NCBI GenBank assembly: GCA_963789955.1
Contig: CAWBMV010000034.1
Location: 640,001-704,000, forward strand
Direction of reading: 5' to 3'
DNA from: an uncultured Candidatus Rokubacteria bacterium
Lineage (GTDB): Bacteria > Methylomirabilota > Methylomirabilia > Rokubacteriales > CSP1-6
DNA: 64,000 nucleotides
Below, piece by piece: positions 11,655 to 23,722 of this stretch; the first letter of the stretch is position 1; every line of letters begins with the position of its first letter. The notes beneath the pieces were generated by a model. The model had not been told where the DNA came from and did no database searches. It saw nothing but the letters and a program-made list of their open reading frames with translations. A program made the translations under genes and the position numbers.

Positions 11655-12825
11655 TCAGCGGCTCAGCTGCTTGAGTCCGCGCAGCGCCTGGCGAATCCGC
11701 TGCTCGTTCTCGACGAGCGCGAACCGCACGTAGCCCTCGCCGTACTCGCCGAAGCCGATGCCCGGTGAGACGGCCACCTTGGCCTCCTGGATCAAGAGCT
11801 TGGAGAACTCGAGCGAGCCCAGGCTACGGAAGGCGTCGGGAATCGGCGCCCAGACGAACATCGTGCCCTTCGGCTTGGGCACGTTCCACCCGATCTTGTT
11901 GAGCCCGTCGACCAGGACGTCGCGGCGCTTTCGGTGCAGGTCGACGATCTCGGCGACGCACTTCTGGTCGGCCTCGAGCGCGACGATGCCGGCGATCTGG
12001 ATCGGCTGGAAGGCGCCGTAGTCCAGATAGGACTTGATGCGGGCCAGCGCGGCGATCATCCGGGAATTGCCGCAGCACGAAGCCGAGCCGCCAGCCGGCC
12101 ATGTTGTACGACTTCGAGGTCGAGAAGATCTCGACGCCGACGTCGCGCGCGCCCGGCACCTCGAGGAACGACGGCGGCTGATAGCCGTCGAACGTGAAGT
12201 CGGCGTACGCGAAATCGTGGACGACCATCAGCCGATGCTCGCGCGCGAAATCCACGACCTTCACGAAGAAGTCGCGGTCCACGCACATCGTCGTCGGGTT
12301 GTGCGGGAAAGACAGAATCAGCAGCTTGGCCTTCGGCCACGCCAGCCGCGCCGTTTCCTGCAGCCGCGCGAAGAAATCCCCGTCGGGCGTGAGCGGCACC
12401 GAGCGCAGATCGCCGTCGGCGATGACGACCGAGTACGAGTGGATCGGATAGGTCGGGTTCGGCACGAGCGCGCCGTCACCGGGCTGGAGCACGGCCAGCG
12501 CCAGATGCGCCATGCCTTCCTTGGCGCCGATGGTGGCGATGACTTCCGAGTCCGGGTTCAGATCGACCTTGTAGCGGTCGCGATACCACTTCGCCATCGC
12601 GACCCGCAGCCGCGTGATACCGCGTGACGCCGAATAGCGGTGGTTCTTCGGATTCTTCGCCGCCTCGACGAGCTTGTCGACGATGTGCTTGGGCGTCGGC
12701 ATGTCGGGGTTGCCCATGCCGAGGTCGATCACGTCTTCGCCGCGAGCTCGCGCCTTGGTCTTGAGGTCGTTGACGATGGCGAATACGTACGGCGGCAGTC
12801 GTTTGATTCGGTAAAACTCGTCCAT
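11655..12825 (-). CDS. alaC: Class I/II PLP aminotransferase, AlaC-like; frameshift near 12070
   Basis: [43 protein letters not shown], then [21 protein letters not shown]. Confidence 0.85.
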
Positions 12826-12853
12826 GGAGGACTCCTCTTCGACCAGCCCACCG

Positions 12854-12882
12854 ATGATACGCGTGGCCGCCAGGAGTGTCAA
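12854..12882 (-). promoter_or_regulatory. Sigma70-type promoter for the alaC-hom-thrC operon
   Basis: Minus strand TTGACA-17 nt-TATCAT; GAGGAG SD before alaC ATG. Confidence 0.8.
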
Positions 12883-12979
12883 GAAAGGTACGTTCTCATG
12901 CGGGGTTAGGAGCCACGCTCGTGCCGAAACTGACGCGAAATGTTGCCACCATTGTCGTTATGGCAGCGGGAGTGTCCTC

Positions 12980-13023
12980 CAAACCCTTGATTGTTCATGG
13001 GGGAGTTCCGGCACGCCCCTTGC
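12980..13023 (+). promoter_or_regulatory. Sigma54 -24/-12 promoter with upstream IHF site for the M23 peptidase gene
   Basis: CGGCACGCCCCTTGC at 13009-13023 (GG-N10-GC); AATCAAGGGTTTG on minus strand at 12980-12992 matches WATCAANNNNTTR. Confidence 0.7.
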
Positions 13024-13059
13024 CACTTCAGGGCCTTCGTGGTCGCCCAGGAATCGTCC

Positions 13060-14017
13060 GTGGACACTTTGGCCGGCTCAACGGCGGAACCCGCCAGGCC
13101 GGCGGCGCCGAGCGCCAGCGCGGCACGTCCGCGCCGGCCCAACCGGAAACAGTTCAGCCTGCTCATCGTCCGGGGCGACGGTACCCGGGTCATCCGATTC
13201 AACTTCCCTCGCCCGGCAGCCATCGCGGCTTTCGCGAGCTTCGCGGTCGCCCTGACGACGTTCTGCGGCCTCCTGACCGACTGGCTCCAGCTGCGACAGC
13301 TCACGGTCGAGGCCAGGACGTTCAAGTCGCAGATCGGCCGAGCAGCAAGCGTCGATCGATGCCTTCAACCGCCGGGTCGTCGAGCTCCGTACCGAGATGA
13401 CGAGCTGGCGCGACCTGCACGCGAGAATCTGGGAGCCGTTCGGGCCGGAGCTTCAGCCCGGCGGCCGTGACCGTGCGGTCGGTGGCGGCGCGCTCCGCGT
13501 CGACCGCGTGACCGGCAAGCTCTCGCCGCGCGACGAGCTCGAGCGTCTCGCCGAGAGCGTGGCGGAGCAGGGCGAGAGCCTGAAGGCGCTCGACCGGCTC
13601 GTCGCGCGCGCGGGCAAAGCTCTGGCGGCGCTGCCCTCGCGGTGGCCGATCCGTGGCGCCGTCAATTCCGAGTTCGGGATGCGACAGTCGCCGTGGACCT
13701 CAGGCACCGAGTTCCACAGCGGTCTCGACATCCGCGCGCAGCACGGCACGCCCATCCGCGCTCCGGCTGGCGGCGTCGTGACGATCGCCGGGACCTATCA
13801 GGAATACGGCATCACGGTCATCCTCGACCATGGCCAGGACATCAAGAGCGTCTACGGCCACCTGTCGAAGACGAACGTCAAGCCGGGTGACCGGGTCGAG
13901 CGCGGCGCCGTGGTCGGCTGGTCCGGGAACACCGGCCGCTCGACCGGCGCGCACTTGCACTACGAGATCATGGTCAAGGGCCAGGCGGTCAATCCCCGCG
14001 CCTACCTCTGGGATTAG
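13060..14017 (+). CDS. M23 family metallopeptidase with N-terminal TM and coiled coil; frameshift near 13345; start approximate
   Basis: PSRWPIRG, FHSGLDI, YGHLS, GNTGRSTGAHLHYE (HxxxD and HxH). Confidence 0.88.
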
Positions 14018-14022
14018 GGAGA

Positions 14023-14084
14023 TGGGGGCCTCGAAGGCCCCCAAGCCCCCCAGCGCTCGGAGACGCCCCGGCGTAGCCGGGGCG
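14023..14084. repeat. Two-hairpin intergenic element (REP-like or terminator)
   Basis: tgggggcc-tcgaa-ggccccca (14023-14043) and cgccccggc-gta-gccggggcg (14064-14084) between convergent genes. Confidence 0.6.
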
Positions 14085-14132
14085 CCCCTCGAAAACGGTT
14101 CTGAAGGTCTTGCCGTAGTCGAACGCTTCCGG

Positions 14133-14943
14133 CTATTTCTTGCGGGACGCGCGCGCGATGAAATCGAGACTCAGCGCGTTGAAAACGTCCGGACGCTCGA
14201 GGAAGTATCCATGGCCGGCGGTCGGGACCGTGCGGAGCTCGGCGCCGGGGATGCGGGCCACGATCTCGCGAGCGAAGCGCGGCGGTACGAGGATGTCGTC
14301 CTCGGCGACGCTGACGAGCGTCGGGCAGCGGATGGCTCCGAGACGCTCGATCGCATCGTGGGCGGCGACCGCTTCGCCCTGCCGAAGAAATCCGGCCAAG
14401 GATTGCGGGTAGGGGTTTGCCAGCGAGTTCTGTAGCAGCGCCTCGATGAACTCCGGACGCTCGGCGTAGGTCGTCGGGGAGAAGAGCCACAGGCCCAGGG
14501 TCCGCAAGGTCGCCTCGCGACCAAGCCCGATTCGCATCTCGCGCCACGCCGAGTTCAGCGCCAGCATGTACGCATCCGGGCGCGCGAACGTGCAGGCCAG
14601 ATGCAGCGAGCGTACGCGCTCCGGCCGCGCCAGCACCAGCTCCTGCGCGATCATGCCGCCCATCGACACGCCGAGCACGTGCGCGCTATCGACGCCGAGC
14701 GCGTCCATGAGCCCGAGCGCGTCGGCGGCCATCATGCGCGTCGTGTACGGCTCATCGGGAGCATCGGTCTGACCGACCCCGCGATTGTCGAACGCGATCA
14801 CCCGATGCCGCGCGCGCGAAGTCGGCCATCTGCAGTGCCCAGGCCAGATGATCCCCACCGAACCCCATGATCAGGACCAGCGGGTCGCCCTCGCCGACGT
14901 CCTGATAGAACATCTGAATATCCCCGACGCGAACAGTCGGCAC
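14133..14943 (-). CDS. Alpha/beta hydrolase (enol-lactonase-like); frameshift near 14820
   Basis: PLVLIMGFGG, FDNRGVG, GVSMGG nucleophile elbow, AGH. Confidence 0.88.
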
Positions 14944-15093
14944 GGGTCAGCTTCTAGGCTCGCAAGTCGTTACGCGCGTGAGTGTCAGGAGCGGGGACGG
15001 GGGCGTGGGGGGCTCTCGTGAGCCCTGTGTAGGCACGGTTGCAGAGATCGCGAAGCACGAACCAAGTCTACAGCACCCATCCGCGCGCAGGGC

Positions 15094-16119
<1,026 letters not shown>

Positions 16120-16127
16120 GGCGGGCC

Positions 16128-17105
<978 letters not shown>

Positions 17106-17119
17106 GGCGCCCCCTGGAG

Positions 17120-18176
17120 CTATCGCTTACGTGTGATTTCCGCGAAGGCCTCGAGCGTGCGCCCGATGTCCTCCGCGTCGATGTCTTTGTGAGTCACGCA
17201 CCGAATCTCCGTAGGACCGATCGCGTGGATCTTCACCTTGCGGGCGCCGCAGCCCGCGACCAGCTCGCTCGTCGCGGCCGCCGACGACTCGGCCCCGCCG
17301 CGCTCGACACGGAATATCACAATGTTCGTCTGCACGCTCGCCAGATCGACCGAGAGACCGGGGAGCTTGGCCAGACCCTCCGCCAGGGCGCGGGCGTTCG
17401 CGTGATCCTCGGCGAGGCGGTCCACCATCTTCTCCAGCGCGACGACGCCGGCCGCCGCGATCACCCCCGCCTGACGCATCCCGCCGCCCAGCATCTTGCG
17501 CACGCGGCGGGCCTTGCCGATGAGCTCGCCGGAGCCGCAGATCACCGAGCCGACCGGGGCGGCGAGGCCCTTCGAGACGCAGAACGTGACGGAGTCGACG
17601 TCGCGGACGAAATCGCGGGCCGGGCGCTTGAGCGCGACGGCCGCGTTGAAGAGCCGCGCCCCGTCCATGTGCACCGGGACCGACGCTTCGTGGGCCACGG
17701 CGGCGATGGCGCTGATCTCCTCGGGCGTGCAGCACGTGCCGCCGTGACGATTGTGCGTGTTCTCGACGCAGACCAGGCCGGTCGGCGGCACGTGGATGTT
17801 CGCGGGACGCAACGCCGCTCGGACCTGGTCGGGCGTGAGAAAGCCGCGCGCCGTCTTGACCGGCCGCATCTGGAGGTTGCCGACCACCGCGGCGCCGGCC
17901 ACCTCGTTGTTGAAGATGTGCGAGTCCAGGTCGAGGACGACTTCCTGGCCGGTCTGCGTCTGGCTGACCACGGAGATGAGGTTGCCCATCGTGCCGGACG
18001 CGACGAAGAGGCCGGCGGCCTTGCCGAGTCGCTCGGCCGCGAGCGCCTCGAGCCGCTTGACGGTCGGATCCTCCTCCCAGACGTCGTCACCGACCTGGGG
18101 CGCGTGCCATGGCGTCGCGCATCTCGGGAGTGGGGAGGGTCAGCGTGTCGGAGCGGAGGTCGACGATGTCGTGCAC
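17120..18176 (-). CDS. ltaE: Low-specificity L-threonine aldolase; frameshift near 18100
   Basis: [57 protein letters not shown]. Confidence 0.92.
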
Positions 18177-18179
18177 GGC

Positions 18180-18959
18180 TTATCTCTTGGTGCCGGCGAC
18201 GCCGGCGCTGATGAGCCGCTGCTTGCCGCGGCGGCCCCATTCGGTGAAATCGTAGTCGACGGACAGCCGCCGGAGCAGGTCGATCGCCTCGGCGTTCTTG
18301 CCCTCGTAGAAGTTCACCTCGGCGAGCAGATACAGCGTCTCCGGGATGACGGCGGTGCGCGAATAATCCTTCAGCACCAGCTCGAGCCGCTGCCGCGCCG
18401 AACTCGGATTGCCCTGAGTGAAGTAGTAGTTGGCGACCCACACTTCCTTCTGGGCGATTCGCTCGCGGCACTTGTCGATCTTGGCGAGCCCGTCGGTCGC
18501 GTACCGGCTCTGCGGGTACTCCTTCACGAGCTTCTTGAACTGGTCGAGCGCCCGCTGGGTCAGCGCCTGGTCCTGCTCGACGGGCTTCATCTGGTCGTAG
18601 TAGCTCATGGCCAGCCGATACTGGACCAGGTCCGCGATCTCGTGCCGGGGGAAGAACGCCAGGAACCCCTCGAACTCTTTCACCGCCTTGTCGAACTCGG
18701 CCTCGCGATAGAAGGCCTCGCCGATGTAGAACCGCGCTTTCGGCGCGTACGACGAGTTCGGGTGGCGCTCGACGATCTTCCGGAAATTCTGCCGCGCCTC
18801 GTCGTACCGGCGATTGTTCAGCTCGGTCTCACCGGTCTTGTAGAGCTCATCTGGAGGCAGGATCGGCGTCGGCGCAGGCGTGAGCGCTGCGCAGCCGGCC
18901 ACGAGCAGCGGCAGGCCCAACGCGAGGACACGTACAAGCAAGGCGGGATACCCTAACAT
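18180..18959 (-). CDS. bamD: Outer membrane protein assembly factor BamD (TPR lipoprotein)
   Basis: Lipobox LVAGC, TPR repeats, DQ...A...F..LV..YP.S.YA, AQKEVWVANYY. Confidence 0.88.
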   Translation of the reverse strand: MLGYPALLVRVLALGLPLLVAGCAALTPAPTPILPPDELYKTGETELNNRRYDEARQNFRKIVERHPNSSYAPKARFYIGEAFYREAEFDKAVKEFEGFLAFFPRHEIADLVQYRLAMSYYDQMKPVEQDQALTQRALDQFKKLVKEYPQSRYATDGLAKIDKCRERIAQKEVWVANYYFTQGNPSSARQRLELVLKDYSRTAVIPETLYLLAEVNFYEGKNAEAIDLLRRLSVDYDFTEWGRRGKQRLISAGVAGTKR

Positions 18960-19075
18960 CGAAATTGGCCAATACATATAGCACAGTCCCAACGGAAAAA
19001 CCCCCTGCCAACCCCTGAGAGGCGGCCGCCGGGCCTATCCCTGAACTGGCCATCAGGGGTAAGATGTGGGGCCCA

Positions 19076-20326
19076 ATGAAGCGCAAGCTGCTCTTCACGC
19101 TCGGCTGCCTGGTCGGCCTGGCGACACTCTCCTACGGCGGCTACGCGTGGTACAACGCGATCACCTACGTCTCCACGGACGACGCCTATGTCGAAGGTAC
19201 GATCTCGCCCATCAGCGCGAAGGTGGCCGGGCACATCGTGGAGCTCCTGGTTCAGGACAACCAGGCGGTGAAGAAGGGCGATCTGCTCATGCGGGTCGAT
19301 CCCCGCGATTTCCAGGCCAAGCGCGACCAGGCGCGTGCCGCGGTCGCCACCGCCGAAGCCACCGTCCGGGCCGCGCGCTCCGAAGTGCCGCTGGCCCGCG
19401 AGGGCACGCACGCGCAGATCGAGCAGGCGCGGGCGTCGCTGCAAGTGGCACTGGTCGGTGTGAAGTCGGCCGAGTCGGCGGTCGAAGAGTCGCGCGCGCG
19501 ACTCGAGGCCAAGCGGTCCGCGACCGACGCGATGCGCGCCGACATCGCCGGCGCCCAGAGCACGTACCGCCAGGCCGGCCGCGAGCTCGAGCGCATCAAG
19601 AGCTTGCTCAAGAGCGACCTGGTGGCGCGGCGAGACTACGACCAGGCCGAAGCCGCCTATGAGACCTCCGGCTCGACGGTCGAAGCGCTGCAACGACGTA
19701 TGACGCAGTCCGAGCGCGAGATCCAGCAGGCGGAGGCGGAGCTCGGTAACCGCGCCCACGCCGTCGACCAGGCGCGGCAGCGCGTCGCGGAGTCGCGGGC
19801 CGCGCTGGCGCTCGCCGAGAGTCAGATCCATCAAGTGACGATCAAGGACGCGGAGGCGAGTCGTGCCGAGGCCCGGCTGCGCGAGATGCAGGCCGACCTC
19901 GCTTTCGCCGACCTCCAGCTCGAGCACACCGAGGTGCGAGCCCCGCTCGACGGCGTCGTGTCGAAGCGGAGCGTCGAGCTCGGGCAGGTGGTCCAGATGG
20001 GCCAGCCGCTCCTGGCGATCGTGCCGCTCCAGGACGTGTGGGTGGTGGCGAACTTCAAGGAGACGCAGCTCGGTCGCCTCCGGACCGGCATGAAGGCGGC
20101 CGTCGAGGTCGACGGCTATCCCGACAAGTCGTACACCGGGACGATCGAGTCGATGAGCGCGGGGACGGGCGCGCGCTTCTCGCTGCTTCCCCCCGAGAAC
20201 GCCACCGGCAACTGGGTGAAGGTCGTTCAGCGCGTCCCGGTCAGGATTCACCTCGACGGCAAGATGACCAACCCGCACACCTTGCGGGCGGGGATGTCGG
20301 TCGTCGTCACGATTCGCGTTCGCTGA
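19076..20326 (+). CDS. HlyD/EmrA family periplasmic adaptor
   Basis: STDDAYV, long coiled coil, WVVANFKETQL, FSLLPPENATGNWVKVVQRVPV. Confidence 0.92.
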   Translation: MKRKLLFTLGCLVGLATLSYGGYAWYNAITYVSTDDAYVEGTISPISAKVAGHIVELLVQDNQAVKKGDLLMRVDPRDFQAKRDQARAAVATAEATVRAARSEVPLAREGTHAQIEQARASLQVALVGVKSAESAVEESRARLEAKRSATDAMRADIAGAQSTYRQAGRELERIKSLLKSDLVARRDYDQAEAAYETSGSTVEALQRRMTQSEREIQQAEAELGNRAHAVDQARQRVAESRAALALAESQIHQVTIKDAEASRAEARLREMQADLAFADLQLEHTEVRAPLDGVVSKRSVELGQVVQMGQPLLAIVPLQDVWVVANFKETQLGRLRTGMKAAVEVDGYPDKSYTGTIESMSAGTGARFSLLPPENATGNWVKVVQRVPVRIHLDGKMTNPHTLRAGMSVVVTIRVR

Positions 20327-20337
20327 CGACGAGTCGC

Positions 20338-20842
20338 TCAGACCGCCAAGAGCTTCTCCATGACGATCGTGTCGACCCACTTGCCATCGAGCTGACCCTG
20401 CTCGTGGTAGATGCCCACCGTGCGAAAGCCGGACTTCGCGTAGAGCGCCATGCCGCCGGCGTTGCCGGGAAACGCGGACAGCACGAGCTTGTGATAGCCG
20501 TGTGTGCGACCGAGCTCGGTCAATTTCTCGAGCAGGACCCTGCCCACGCCCTTCCCGCGCCACCCGCGCTCGACGTACACGGAGATGTCGGCGACGAAGC
20601 GATAGGACTCGCGAGCGTTGAACACGTTCAGACTCGCCCAGCCGATTGGACGTGTTCGGCCCTATCTCGGCGACGATCACCGGGTGGCGCGCATCGCGGC
20701 CCGCGAGCCACTGGCGGCGCTCGTCGGGCGTCCGTAGCTCGGTCTCGAGCGTCGCGACCCGGTCTTCGATCCCCTGGTTGTAGATGCGGCAGATCGCCTC
20801 GGCGTCCGCCGCCGACGCGAGCCGGAGACGATAGGCCGTCAC
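20338..20842 (-). CDS. GNAT N-acetyltransferase (phosphinothricin/arsinothricin ArsN1-like); frameshift near 20650
   Basis: IYNQGIEDRVATLET, then FNARESYRFVADISVYV, RGKGVG, GFRTVG, GKWVD. Confidence 0.85.
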
Positions 20843-21813
20843 GTCAGCTCTCGGCTGTCGAGCCGTCCGTCCTTCTTGAGCCGCTCGAACTCGTCGAGGG
20901 TTTTCGCGACACCGTCGGCGAGCGAGGTGGGAGGGGCGGGACCGAGATCCTTCTGATAGCGCCTGTCGTCGAGCTCCGCCGGGAACGGGAGCGCCTGCTC
21001 CACGCGGGTGATCGTGCCGGTCACCGACGGCCGCGCCGCTTCGATCGTTCGCACCACGTCCGCCACCGACGCCGAAGCGCCGTGCAGGTTGTAGACGCGG
21101 GCGCCGTCGAGCCGCGCGGCGGCCGCGGCCAGCAGCGCGCGCGCGACGTCCTCGGTATAGATGAGATCGGTCGCCCCGCCCCAGCGAATCTGGAACGGAC
21201 GGCCGAGGACCGCCGCCTTCATGGCCAGGGTCGGATCGGCGGTGAGACCGAAGTCGCGACCCGGTCCGTAGACGGTCAGCGGACGGAAGCCGGACGACGG
21301 GATCCGGTGCTCCTCCCAGTAGACGCGCGCCGTCTCCTCGTTGGCGACCTTGTACACGCCGTAGTGCGTCGCCGGGTGCGCCGGCGCGTCGTCCTTGATG
21401 GGGCCGGGCGGATAGAGGCTGGGCGCGCCGAAGACCGCCGCCGACGAGACATAGACCACGCGCTCGATCTGACCCGCGGCCGCGCGCACGACGTCGAAGA
21501 CGTTGGCGGTGCCGACCACGTTGATCGCGGCGCCGCGCGGCGGATCCTGCCGGCACAGCGGCACCTGCCACGCGGCGAGATGGATCACGCGGCGGATCGC
21601 GTGGTCGCGCACCACGCGCGCGAGGCTCTCGCGGTCGGTGATGTCGCCGCGGACGATCGCGATGCGGCTCGGCGCGTCGGGTCCCGCGATCATGCGGATG
21701 CGCCACGGATCGTCGCCGAGGTCGTAGACCACCGGATGCTCGCCCGCGGCGAGCAGACCGCGCACGACCCACGCGCCGATGCAGCCGAACGCGCCGGTGA
21801 CCAGGGTCGCCAT
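20839..21813 (-). CDS. NAD-dependent epimerase/dehydratase (extended SDR)
   Basis: LVTGAFGCIG, IHLAA, NVVGT, SSAAVFG, YGVYK, VYGPG. Confidence 0.9.
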   Translation of the reverse strand: MATLVTGAFGCIGAWVVRGLLAAGEHPVVYDLGDDPWRIRMIAGPDAPSRIAIVRGDITDRESLARVVRDHAIRRVIHLAAWQVPLCRQDPPRGAAINVVGTANVFDVVRAAAGQIERVVYVSSAAVFGAPSLYPPGPIKDDAPAHPATHYGVYKVANEETARVYWEEHRIPSSGFRPLTVYGPGRDFGLTADPTLAMKAAVLGRPFQIRWGGATDLIYTEDVARALLAAAAARLDGARVYNLHGASASVADVVRTIEAARPSVTGTITRVEQALPFPAELDDRRYQKDLGPAPPTSLADGVAKTLDEFERLKKDGRLDSRELT

Positions 21814-21835
21814 GAACCGGAATATAATGCCCCTC

Positions 21836-22591
21836 GTGTTCCAGAGCGAGCGGTTCTTCCGCGAAGCGTGGCCCCAGATCTCGCAATCGGTCGAGTCCGG
21901 GACGGACGCGGCGAGCGACGTGCAGTGGATCGCCGGCGTCGTCGGGCTCGAGACCGGCGCGCGCGTGCTCGACGCGCCGTGCGGCTTCGGCCGGCACTCG
22001 GTCGAGTTCGCGCGGCGCGGCTGCGACACGACCGGCGTGGACTTCAGCGAGACCGAGCTCGGCCGCGCGCGCAAGGCGGCCGGCGAGGCGGATGTCTCGC
22101 TCGCGCTCGAGTGCCAGGACATTCGCGACATGGAGTTCTCGAGCGAGTTCGATCTGGCGGTGAACCTCTTCAGCTCGATCGGCTACTTCTCCGAGGACGA
22201 GGACCGCCTCGTGCTCGACCGCTTCTGGCGCGCGCTCAAGCCCGGCGGCGCCTTCGTCGTCGACACCCGCAACCGCGACCAGTGCGTGCGGTCGCTGCCG
22301 CCCGAAGAGCGGATGCGGCGCGGTAGCTCGACGATCCGCGTCGAGAACGAGTTCGATCCGACGACCAGCCGCTGGCGCGCCCGGTGGTGGCGGCTCAAGC
22401 GCGCGTCGGCGAAGTCGGCGGAAGGCCCTCCGGAATTGATCGGCGAGAGCGAGATCCGGCTCTACTCGGCGCACGAGCTGCTCCACATGCTGCGGCCGGA
22501 GCGCTGGCGCAAGGTCGAGCTCTTCGGCGGTCTCGACGGCACCCCCTTCTCGCTCGATACCCACCGGCTCGTCGTCGTGGCCTGGAAGTAG
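21836..22591 (+). CDS. Class I SAM-dependent methyltransferase (alternative ATG at 21827)
   Basis: VLDAPCGFGRH, GVDFS, FSSIGYF, LKPGG. Confidence 0.88.
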   Translation: MFQSERFFREAWPQISQSVESGTDAASDVQWIAGVVGLETGARVLDAPCGFGRHSVEFARRGCDTTGVDFSETELGRARKAAGEADVSLALECQDIRDMEFSSEFDLAVNLFSSIGYFSEDEDRLVLDRFWRALKPGGAFVVDTRNRDQCVRSLPPEERMRRGSSTIRVENEFDPTTSRWRARWWRLKRASAKSAEGPPELIGESEIRLYSAHELLHMLRPERWRKVELFGGLDGTPFSLDTHRLVVVAWK

Positions 22592-22650
22592 TAGAATCCA
22601 GCACTCGCGCATCCCACAACTTCCTGAAGTGAAGTAAGGAGATTCGCTCG

Positions 22651-23634
22651 ATGGCCACTGAGCGTCCCCTCGTCGTGCTCGCCGGCCCCATTCACCCCGA
22701 CGGCAAGGCGCTGCTCGAGAAAGAAGCGCGTGTCGTCGTGTGCGAGGACGAGACCGAGGCGGGGCTGGTCAAGGCGGCCACCGATGCGCAGGGAATCCTG
22801 TTCCGTATCCGGCCGCGGTGCACGGAGAGCCTGATGGCCGCGTGCCGCTCGCTCAAGGTGGTCGGCCGGCACGGCGTCGGGCTCGACACGGTGGACATCC
22901 CCGCCGCCACGAAGCTCGGCGTCGCGGTCGTGCACGCGCCCGGCTCCAACTCGCAGGCCGTCGCCGAGCACGCGCTGATGCTGATGCTCACCTGCGTCAA
23001 GCGCACGTTCGCGGTCGACAAGGCGACCCGCGCGGGCGACTGGGGCACCGCGCGCGCGGGCAACACCGAGCTCGGCGGAAAGACCCTCGGCATCGTCGGC
23101 GTCGGTAACGTCGGCCGCCGTGTCGCGAAGTTCGCGGGCGCGCTCGGGATGCGCGTGCTCGGCCACGACAAGTACGTCGCCGACGACGAGCTCCGCCGGC
23201 GGGGCGCCGAGCCGGTGGCGAGCCTCGAAGCGCTGCTGCCGCAGGTCGACGTGCTCACGTGCCATACGCCGCTCACCCCCGAGACGCGGCACATGATCAA
23301 CGAGAAGACCATCGGCCTCATGAAGCCGGGCGCGATCTACATCAATACGTCGCGCGGCCCGGTCCAGGACGAGCGCGCGCTCTTCGAGGCGCTCACGCGC
23401 GGCAAGCTCGGCGCCGCCGGGCTCGACGTCTGGGAAGACGAGCCCACGTCGGCGGACAATCCAATCCTGAATCTGCAGAACGTCGTGTGCTCCTCGCACG
23501 TCGCCGGAGTCACGCGCGAGGCCACCCGCCAGGCGGCCATGCAGGTCTCGGGCGAGATGCTCCGCGTCTTGCGCGGCGAGCGGCCCGACGTGCTCGTCAA
23601 TCCAGAGGTCTGGGCGCGCCTCGGCCAACGGTAA
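22651..23634 (+). CDS. D-isomer-specific 2-hydroxyacid dehydrogenase (SerA-like, no ACT domain)
   Basis: GRHGVGLD, NSQAVAEH, GVGNVG, INTSRG, GLDVWEDEP, SHVAG; AGGAG SD. Confidence 0.92.
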   Translation: MATERPLVVLAGPIHPDGKALLEKEARVVVCEDETEAGLVKAATDAQGILFRIRPRCTESLMAACRSLKVVGRHGVGLDTVDIPAATKLGVAVVHAPGSNSQAVAEHALMLMLTCVKRTFAVDKATRAGDWGTARAGNTELGGKTLGIVGVGNVGRRVAKFAGALGMRVLGHDKYVADDELRRRGAEPVASLEALLPQVDVLTCHTPLTPETRHMINEKTIGLMKPGAIYINTSRGPVQDERALFEALTRGKLGAAGLDVWEDEPTSADNPILNLQNVVCSSHVAGVTREATRQAAMQVSGEMLRVLRGERPDVLVNPEVWARLGQR

Positions 23635-23722
23635 CGCGCCCCGGTCCCGCCGCCCGATCGAGAAGGCGGCCGCGTCCGATCCGCGGGAACGCCATCGGCC
23701 CAAACAGAGGTAGAATCCCCCT

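Noticed and set aside
15031..15042. AGGCACGGTTGC in the repeat core as a sigma54 promoter
   Set aside because: GG-to-GC spacing is 7 nt, not the required 10
18953..22612. 1219-aa minus-strand ORF and many other long overlapping ORFs
   Set aside because: Shadow ORFs expected in high-GC DNA; only a short internal part is real (the GNAT N-terminus)
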